Assembly: GCA_963750165.1 (NCBI GenBank) | Contig: CAVVPN010000003.1 | Location: 1,280,001 to 1,344,000, forward strand | Reading direction: 5' to 3' | From: an uncultured Gemmataceae bacterium | Lineage (GTDB): Bacteria; Planctomycetota; Planctomycetia; Gemmatales; Gemmataceae | DNA length: 64,000 bases | Part shown: positions 10,877 to 19,400 of the stretch, piece after piece | How the letters are laid out: every line of letters begins with the position of its first letter | How positions within the stretch are numbered: position 1 is the first letter of the stretch | Position numbers and translations under genes: made by a program | Notes under the pieces: model-generated | What the model saw: the letters and a program-made list of their open reading frames with translations, nothing else | The model's database searches: none | What the model was told of the DNA's origin: nothing

Positions 10877-11785
10877 TTACGTCTTCAATTCCTGCGTGAT
10901 CTGCTGACCTTCCACGTCGAGCACGAAATGCAGCGAGCCGGCGGGCAGCTCGAACTCCAGGAACGCGGGCACGCCGGTGTCGGAGTAATTCTTGACGACC
11001 TGGCCCTGGGCGTCCAGGATTTTCCCGCGGTCGCTGACGCGGGCGTTCTTGCTGACGACTTCCGCGAAGATTTCCTGCAGCACGCGCATGTGGGCGGCGA
11101 TCTTGTGGTCCCACAGATCGATCTCGGTGCCGGTGTCCAGGTCGTCCAGTTCTTCCATTTGCTGTTCGTTGATGTTGTCGCCGACGCCGATGAGCACGAA
11201 CTTGAGCGGCTTGCGCCGGCCGGTGGCCACAGCACGGGCCAACTCCGCGCTGTACTGCTTGACCGCGTTCAGGTCGTGCAGTTCGCCGTCGGTGATGAAG
11301 ATGTAAAAGCCCCACGGCGCGTCCTGGAAACGCTCGACGAAATACTTCACCGCGGGCAGCAGTTGCGTGCCGGTGCCGAAATCATCCGGCGGCCCGAAGA
11401 CGTGCTGCTCGGCCTGGTCCGCGGTGAGGTCGCCGACTTCCTGAATGCGGCTGCCGCCGGGGCCGGTGGCCCAGTAAATGCAGGTGGTGCCGCCGTCCGC
11501 GTCGAGCTTGCGCGCCAGGTAGGCGCACAGCTTCTGTGCTACCGGCGTCACCTGGTTAACGGGCTGCTGCTTCTTGCCGAACAGGCTCGCGAGGAATCCG
11601 CCGGTCTGTTCGCCGACGCCGTACAGCGCCGCCATCGAGCCGGAGCCGTCCAGGGCGATGCCGGTCTGCGTGCCCTCGCGGCGCGGCTCCATCAGGATGG
11701 TCGCCGTCACGCGGACCTTGCCGCTGGCCGCCGGATAGACATTCACTTCCCCGAAGGGATCAACGACGTGTTTGACCTGGGCCAT
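10877..11785 (-). CDS. vWA domain protein (TerF-like vWA), paralogue 1
   Basis: DGSGSM MIDAS motif, LDADGG, FITDG, KFVLIGVG; GGAGG RBS. Confidence 0.8.
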   Translation of the reverse strand: MAQVKHVVDPFGEVNVYPAASGKVRVTATILMEPRREGTQTGIALDGSGSMAALYGVGEQTGGFLASLFGKKQQPVNQVTPVAQKLCAYLARKLDADGGTTCIYWATGPGGSRIQEVGDLTADQAEQHVFGPPDDFGTGTQLLPAVKYFVERFQDAPWGFYIFITDGELHDLNAVKQYSAELARAVATGRRKPLKFVLIGVGDNINEQQMEELDDLDTGTEIDLWDHKIAAHMRVLQEIFAEVVSKNARVSDRGKILDAQGQVVKNYSDTGVPAFLEFELPAGSLHFVLDVEGQQITQELKT

Positions 11786-11915
11786 GAACGCAACCTCCCG
11801 GATTGGATGTCGGGCACGTTGCCCTGCCAGTAGTTCGTTCCCACCCGCGGATTATTAATATGAAACCCGAGGCTCCCCTGCGCTGGGACGGCCGCACCGC
11901 GCGTAAGATTCCGTT

Positions 11916-14335
11916 ATGAACGATCCCCCCCCACAAGGTCTGACTGCCGCCGAGGTCGCCGACCGCGTTCGCCGCGGCCTCGTCAACCGCCACCCCAGCT
12001 CCGCCTGGGCCGACTACGCCCAGATCGTCCGCCGCAATATTCTGACCCTGTTCAACGCCCTGGTGCTGCCGGCCGCGGTCGCCCTGTTCTACCTCGGCAA
12101 GCCCCAGGGCGGCATCGCCGTCAGCGGCATGGCCATCGTCAATTCCCTCATCGGGTTGGTCGAGGAAATCAAGGCTAAACGCCACCTCGACCGACTCACC
12201 ATTCTCGTCGAGACGCGCGTCCGTGTGCTGCGCGACGGCCAGTCGCAAGCAATCCCCGCCAGCGCGGTCGTCCGCGACGATTGCGTGTTGCTCGGCAGCG
12301 GCGAGGCCGTCGTCGCGGACGGCAGCGTCGTGCAGTCGCGCTTTCTGGAGATCGACGAGGCGCTGCTGACGGGCGAGTCCGATCCGGTGCGCCGCCACGT
12401 CGGTGAGCGCGTGCTGTCGGGCAGCGTCTGCGTCGCCGGGGAGGGGGCCTACCGAGCGGAGCGCGTCGGCGCCGCGGCGTTCGCACAGAGCACTGCCGTC
12501 CAGGCCCGCCGCGCGCACCACGCCCAGAGCCCCATGACCGCGACCATTAACCTGCTCATCCAGATTCTGACGTGGACGGCGGTCAGCCTGTGTGTGCTGT
12601 ACCTCGGCATCCACCTGGCCGGCCACGTGACGCAGGCGCGCATGGTCGAGATGATGGCGGCGACGATCACGTCGATGGTGCCGCAGGGCCTGGTGCTGAC
12701 GGCAACCATTTCGTTCGCACTGGGGGCTATCCACATGAGCATGCGCGGCGCCGTCGTGCAGCGCCTCAACGCCGTCGAGGCGATGGCCGCGGTGGACGTG
12801 GTGTGTACCGACAAGACCGGGACGCTGACCACCAACCTGCTCAAACTCGCTCAGCTACGGCAGCTGGCGTCGGCCGCCGGCGAAGACGAAGTGCGGCGGC
12901 GGCTGCGGCTGTTTGCGTCGGCGTCGGTCGATCAGAAGAACAAGAACATCCAGGCGCTCTGCGCCGCCCTTGGCACGGTCGAGGTCGAATTACTCGACCA
13001 GTTGCCGTTCAAGTCACAGAACCGCTACAGCGCGGTGCGCGTCCGTGATGGCGGCGGCGAGCGCGTCCTGGTGCTGGGCGCCTGCGAGGCGCTGCGCTCC
13101 CATCTCGGGAGCGACGGCGGTTGGGAGGCGGCCTGGCGCGAACTGCTGCCGACGGGACTGCGGCTGCTGCTGTTCGCGGAGGCGACGGAACCTCACCCGT
13201 TCGCGGACACGCTGGCGGACTTCACGCTGCAGCCGCTGGCGCTGGCAGCGCTCAGCGACGAACTGCGGCCCGAGGCGGCCCGGGTGCTGGAGGCGTTGAC
13301 CGCCCAGGGCATCGCCTTCAAGGTGCTCTCCGGCGACAACGCCGAGACGGTGCGCGCCACCGTCGCCACGCTTGACCTGCCGCTGGCGCGCGACGCGGTT
13401 GTCAGCGGCGACGAACTGGCCGCGGCAACGGATAAGGAGGCGTTGATCCGTGACCGCGGCGTCTTCGGCCGGGTGGCGCCGCAGCAGAAAGTGGAGATCG
13501 TCGAGACGCTACAGCGGCAGGGACGCTTCGTCGCCATGATTGGCGATGGCGTCAACGACGTGCTGCCGTTGAAGAAAGCGCACCTCGGCATTGCGATGGG
13601 CGCCGGCAGCCAGGCGAGCAAGACCGTTGCCGGCCTGATCCTGGAGAACAACAACTTCGCACTGCTGCCCGAAGCACTGGAAGAGGGCCGCACGATCATC
13701 CGCAACCTGCGCCGCTGCAGCAAGCTGTTCCTGACAAAGAATGTGTATTCGTTGATCCTGTTGCCGCTGGGGCGCTCGGCGTGTTCGGCCTGCCGTTCCC
13801 GTATGTGCCGCAGCAGGTGACGCTGCTGAACTGGCTGGTGATCGGCCTGCCGGCGCTGGTGATCGCCCTGAGCCGTGAGCGTTCGCAGGGGGCGACGCGG
13901 CCGCGGTTCCTGCGCGAGGTCGGCAGCTTCGCCGTGCGCAGCGGCGTCGTCTTCGCGCTGGCGGGGCTGACCATGCTGCTGCTGGCCGTCCACGTCTGGC
14001 GCTACGACGAGCGGACGCAGGTGACGCAGCTGCTGTCGATGCTGATCCTGCTGGGCATCACGGCACTGCTGCGGGCGCTGACCGACGGTGAGGCGCAGCC
14101 GCTGGTCGGCGACACGCGCTTCCGGCTGCTGGCGGCGGCGGCGCTGCCGGCGTACCTGCTGGCGATGTACTGGGACTTCTCGGCGCGCTTCTTCCAGCTG
14201 GCCGCGCTGGACTGGCTGCAATGGTTGCAGGTGGTCGCGGTGGCGCTGCCGGCGTACGGGTTGTCGCTGCTGAGCGACTGGCTGTTTGCCGGCTCCGTTT
14301 ACGTTTCGCGCAGGCAGAGTCCGCGCACAACGTAA
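11916..14335 (+). CDS. Cation-transporting P-type ATPase (CtpE-like); frameshift at ~13770
   Basis: TGES, DKTGTLT, LSGDN, MIGDGVND motifs; C-terminal TM region continues in ORF 13781-14335 if one G is added to GGGG at 13769-13772. Confidence 0.9.
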
Positions 14336-14341
14336 ACGGGG

Positions 14342-15157
14342 TCAGCTGGCGGGGGCCGCGGTCTGGGCGGCGTTCGTCTCCTGGGCGACGGCACCGGCCT
14401 GCGTCAGCAGCATCGGCACGATCAGCACGGTCATGACCAGCCACAGCACGACGGCCAAACCCAGCGCGTGGAACCACTCATAGCGCAGCCCCAGCCACAG
14501 GCCGGCGAACCACAGCGCGAGGTGGAACAGGTTCAGAAACAGCACCAGCAGCAGGCGGCCGAAGGTGCCGGCGCTTGGCAGACCGATGTTCTGATCGGGC
14601 TTCATGACCCAGCCGTCGGGGCTGACGAACTCGGTGTAACCGCTCTCCAGCTTGCGCCGCTCGAAGCGCACCTTCTCCTTCGCGCTGTCCCGGCTGGGGA
14701 TTTCGACCGCCTCGACGTTCGCGGGCGTCCACACCTCGCCGGGGGTTGGCGGCACCTCGCCCGGAACCGGCGTGAAGCTCGGCGGATGGGGGGGGATGCG
14801 GTACTCCCAGCGGCCGCCCGGCAGGGGAGCGTACTCGTACTCGGTCGCTTTTTTCGACTCGCCTTTCCTGTACGACCACAATTTCGCCGCGGGTTTCTTG
14901 GTGTAGTCCTCTTCGGTCCTGGCCCGGAACAACGCATCGTAGGGCACCTGGGCGGCGGTGGACTCGTCGGAGGAGGCGTTGAGCAGGCACCACAGCATCA
15001 GGAACACCGTCAGACCGCCGCCGACCGCCGGCGCCTGCCAGGCGATGCCCTCACTGGGCTCGGTGTAGAAGTAGCTCTGCAAAAACACACTGCCGGCCCA
15101 CAGCAGCACTGTGATGCCCAGCCCCACCACCAGCACCGTCAGCAGCAAGCCCAGCAC
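14342..15157 (-). CDS. Hypothetical membrane protein (2 N-terminal and 2 C-terminal TM segments)
   Basis: GGGAGG RBS before GTG at 15157; hydrophobic segments flank a soluble domain; the longer ORF start lies inside repeat DNA. Confidence 0.7.
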   Translation of the reverse strand: MLGLLLTVLVVGLGITVLLWAGSVFLQSYFYTEPSEGIAWQAPAVGGGLTVFLMLWCLLNASSDESTAAQVPYDALFRARTEEDYTKKPAAKLWSYRKGESKKATEYEYAPLPGGRWEYRIPPHPPSFTPVPGEVPPTPGEVWTPANVEAVEIPSRDSAKEKVRFERRKLESGYTEFVSPDGWVMKPDQNIGLPSAGTFGRLLLVLFLNLFHLALWFAGLWLGLRYEWFHALGLAVVLWLVMTVLIVPMLLTQAGAVAQETNAAQTAAPAS

Positions 15158-15227
15158 GTCGGCCTCCCGTTCTTCCTCTGCGGCTTGCGGCCTGGTGCCA
15201 GGACAGGAGTGCTGCTGTCGTGTTTTT

Positions 15228-15582
15228 GCCCCGAAGGGGTCCAACAACTTAGCGGTCCGTACCGCAATTAACTGGAGGGTTGGGGGTGACGGCCTGGGAC
15301 CGTAGGACGGCTCTCCAGAGCCGTCCCGCTCACCCCGGGACGGCTCTGGAGAGCCGTCCTACGAACGATCCCGCAACCCTCCAGTTACTTGCGGTACGAA
15401 CCACTTAGCCCAGGGCAACGCCCTGGGTCGCCAGGGCCGACCCCAACCCTTCTTTCTTCCCCGCCCTGAAGGGGCGGGACAACGATGGTTGTGCCCCTTC
15501 AGGGCGGGCAAAAGAAAGGCTGAGGGTTCCTCCCCGTTCCCAGGGCGTTGCCCTGGGCTAAGTTGTTCCGCCCCTTCGGGGC
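15228..15582. repeat. Second (inverted) copy of the 5171-5384 element, interrupted by a MITE
   Basis: Removing 15252-15407 restores aacaacttagcccagggcaacgccctggg as seen in the first copy. Confidence 0.9.
15252..15404. mobile_element. 153-bp MITE with ~31-bp imperfect TIRs and TTA target duplication, carrying a REP doublet (15301-15363)
   Basis: TTA|gcggtccgtaccgcaattaactggagggttg ... caaccctccagttacttgcggtacgaaccac|TTA; the empty site is visible in the paralogous element at 5191-5203. Confidence 0.85.
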
Positions 15583-15771
15583 CAAGACACACAAGCAACA
15601 ACGCCCTGGTCTGGCATCAGCGTTTGCGCCAAGCCGCAAGCGGCAGCAAAGCAATGCCTGAACCTGCGTTATCCTGGGGGACCGATACCATTTCGTCAAT
15701 TCCCAAAAAGCGCTTGCCGGCCGACGGCGGCCGTGACTACGATGGGGCGCCGATTTTTTTGCCGACCCGCC

Positions 15772-15797
15772 AAACCAAATCCGGGCGGCCCTCGTCT
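15772..15797 (+). promoter_or_regulatory. Candidate ECF-type promoter (AAACC-N16-CGTCT) upstream of the ECF sigma gene
   Basis: Matches the general ECF AAC/CGT promoter pattern, 18 nt before the ATG; a sigma70-like TTGCCG-N18-TACGAT lies at 15714-15743. Confidence 0.45.
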
Positions 15798-15815
15798 TTT
15801 CTTCCCAGGGAGACC

Positions 15816-16370
15816 ATGACCAAACTCGACGAGTGCCTGACTTCCTCAGCGCCGTCGGTCGGCCAGGACGGCCGCGCCGACGCGGACGTGCTGGTGCAGA
15901 CATTCAACGCCCTGCGCAATGAACTCATCAGCACCCTGCTGTACGTGCTGGGCAACCGCGACGACGCCCTCGACGCCGCCCAGGAGGCGTTCGTCAAGTG
16001 CTGGGGCGCCCGCCAGCAACTGCACCAGGTGCAGAACCTGCGGGCGTGGATCTTCCGCGTCGCCTTCAACACCGCCAAGGACATGCAACGCAGTGCCTGG
16101 CACCGCCGGGCCAAACCGCTCCAGGGGGAGGAGTCCTTGATAATGACCAACCACCCCGGCCCCGCACTCACCGTCGAGCTGCAGGAGTCCGTCGAACGAC
16201 TCCGCAAGGCCATTTTGCAGCTGCGCGACGAGGAAAAGGAAGTCTTTCTGCTGCGGCAGAATGGCGAACTCACCTACGAACAGATCGCCGAGCTGCGCAG
16301 CTGCCCCGTCGGCACCGTCAAGACGCAGATGCGCAGCGCCCTGGAAAAATTACGCAAAATCCTGGTGTAG
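15816..16370 (+). CDS. ECF-family RNA polymerase sigma factor
   Basis: Region 2 (DALDAAQEAFVKCW, LRAWIFRVAFN) and region 4 (LTYEQIAE, PVGTVKTQMRSA); GGGAG RBS. Confidence 0.95.
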   Translation: MTKLDECLTSSAPSVGQDGRADADVLVQTFNALRNELISTLLYVLGNRDDALDAAQEAFVKCWGARQQLHQVQNLRAWIFRVAFNTAKDMQRSAWHRRAKPLQGEESLIMTNHPGPALTVELQESVERLRKAILQLRDEEKEVFLLRQNGELTYEQIAELRSCPVGTVKTQMRSALEKLRKILV

Positions 16371-16476
16371 AGGACGCGCAGCCGTTTGCCAACCTCTCCG
16401 CACCGCAGCGACATTCACGACCATCGCTTTCGCCCCCAAGAAGCGCACGCCAGCGCGTGCCGTGTGAGGACATGCC

Positions 16477-19400
16477 ATGAACTGCGACCACGCACAACCC
16501 CGACTTCTCGACCAGCTGTTCGGCCTGCTCGACGACACCGAGCAACAGGAACTGCAAGCCCATCTCGCCGGCTGCCCCGCCTGCCAGGCCGCGCTGGAAC
16601 AGGCCAAACAGCAACAACTGGTCCTCGGCATCGCCGCCAAGGGCGATTTCAGCCAGGTGAGCTTTGAGCCGCCGGCGCTGCCGCTCCGCCATCCCGCGCC
16701 GGAGCCAACCTTGCAACTGAAGCGGCCGGCCGCCGTGCGCCGCAACTGGAGCCGCTGGGGCGCCGCCGCTGCGGTCCTGCTCGCCATCGGCGCCGGCGCC
16801 GCGCTGGTCGCATGGCCGTGGGCACGCCATGCTGAGGAGATCGCCGCCGCCGAGCGCCGCCAGCATGAGGCCCAGGCCGCCCGTAGCCGCCTCGACGCCG
16901 ACGAGACCGCCCGGCAGGCGAAGGCGGACGCCGAGCTGCGCGCCGTCCACGAGCAGATCAACGTTCTCCGTGAGCGCTGGGAGCGCGAGACCAACAAGGA
17001 CATGGAAATCAGCGTCACCGGCCCCGAAGACCTGCAGGCCGGCGCTCCCACCACTTACACCATCGAAACGCATCGGCTCCTCAAGGATCAGGCCGCGTAC
17101 AGGAAGGCCCCCGCCCGCATCGGCGTCCAGGTCCTCGAAGCCAGGTCGAACAAGGTGCTGTACGCCTCCAAACAGTTGGCGAGCAACGGCAAGGTCGATT
17201 TGCAACTGCCCGGCGACCTGGCCATTACGCCCGAGACCGAACTGCTGCTGCAGGTCAACGCCGAGAACACCGACGGCAAGAAGGTTGAGGTGACCGAACG
17301 GCTCAAGCTGACCGGGCCGCGTTACCTGACGCACCTGGCCACCGACCGGCCGCTGTACCGCCCCGGCGACACCGTCCGCGCCCGCTCGCTCACGTTGCAG
17401 CGCGTCAGCCTGAAACCGCCCGCCCAGGAGCTGGAACTGCGCTTCCGCCTGACCGACGGCCAGGGCAAGAAGCTGTTCGAGCATATTGGCAACGCCCGGG
17501 TGCGGCTCGACGCCAGGACGAAGGACCTGCTCAAGGACTCGGACGGCACGGTGCTGAACGGTTACGGCGTCGCCAACTTCGCGCTGCCGGAGGAGTTGCC
17601 CGAGGGCGTCTACACGCTCACCGTCAGCGAGGAGCGCAACCGCTTCCCCGCCGAGAAGCGCACGTTCCTGGTGCGCCGCTTCCAGACGCCGCGGCTCAAC
17701 AAGGAGGTCGAGTACCACCGCGCCTCTTACGGCCCCGGTGACGCGGTGCAGGCCAACTGCGTCGTCCGCCGCGTCGAGGGTGGCGCCGCCGTCGCCGGCC
17801 AGCCCGTCGAGGCCAGCGTGCGCGTCGATGGCCAGGACGTGCCGGTCGAGCACACCGGCAAGCTCGCCACCGACGCCGCCGGCCGTGTCACGGTGAAGTT
17901 CCGCCTGCCCGAAAAGCTGGTGGACGGCCGCGGCAGCCTGTCGGTCGTCTTCCACGACGGCAAGATCATTGAGACGCTCGACCGGCCGCTGCCGATCGCC
18001 CTCAATCGGCTGCACATCGAGTTCTTCCCCGAGGGCGGTGACCTCGTCGCCGGCGCCGCCAACCGCGTTTACTTCCAGGCCCGCACGCCCCTCGGCCGGC
18101 CCGCCGAGCTGCGCGGCCAGATCATCGACCTGGGCACGTTCGGCCTGTCCGGACTCGCGCCCGGTGATCCCGTCGCCGCGGTGCAGACGCTCAGCGACGA
18201 TAAGGAACCCGGCGTCAACCAGGGCCTGGGTGCCTTCCACTTCACGCCGCGGGCGGGCCACATCTACGCCCTCAAGATCGACACGCCGAAGGGCATGCCC
18301 GGCTTCTACCCGCTGCCGGCGGTGCGCCCCGCAGGCGTCGTGCTGCACACGCCACAGGGCGTCGTGACCGACGGCATCGAGGTCAAGCTGTACAACGCCG
18401 GCCGGCCGCGTCACCTGCTGGTCGGTGCCTACTGCCGCGGCCGGCTGGTGCATCAGCAGACCGTCGCTTGCCCCGCCGACGCCGAGCGTGCCGTGGCCCT
18501 GCGGCCGCCGACCGGCGTCAATGGCGTTTTCCGCGTCACCGTCTTCGAGATGCTGCCCGACCGCGTCCTGAAGCCGCTGGCCGAACGGCTCATCTACCGC
18601 CCGGCCCGCGAGCGCCTCGCCTTCAACGTCAAGACCGACCGCGACGAATACGCTCCCGGCCAGAAGGTCACCGTCCGCGTCAACGCCGACGACGAGCAGC
18701 AGAAGCCGGCGGCCGCGGTGGCGCTGCTGGCGGTGGTCGATCACAGCGTCCTGAAGCTGGCCGACGAGAAGACCTACCGCAGTCTGCCGACGCACTTCTA
18801 CCTGACCACGGAGGTCGGCAAGGCGGACGACCTGGAGCACGCCGACTTCCTGCTGACCGACCACCCGAAGGCCACCCAGACGCTCGACCTGCTGCTGGGC
18901 ACGCAGGGCTGGCGGCGCTTCGCCGAGCAGCCCCAGCAGGACGCCGAGCAGCAAAAGGAACTGTGGATCAAGCATAAGGCCGACGCCGACCGCCTGCTGT
19001 TCGCCTCCGCCGTCACCACGCGCCAGGGCGACGAGGAACTGTTCCAGAAATTGGCCGTCACGCTCGTGACTGAGGCGAAGGAGCTGAAGCGCAAGCACCA
19101 GCAAGTGGTGACGGATCGGCAAGCCCGCGTGGCGCAGGCCGCGGCCGAACGCAAGCGCCTGCAGTCGGAGGAATACACGGCCACGGTGGACATTGGCGAC
19201 GCCGAGGCGGGGTTGACCGGTTATCAAAACCAACTGGTCCACGTCGGCGGTAAACTGGCGGCGCTCGGGCTGCTGGTGCTGGGCTTCGTCGGCATCATCG
19301 TCGGCGCCATGCGCAGCAGCCATCATCAAAAGGAGGGCCGCCTGGCGCTGACGGCCGGTTTCGGCGCGTTCGTGCTGCTGGTGGTCGGCGGCTTCGCTGT

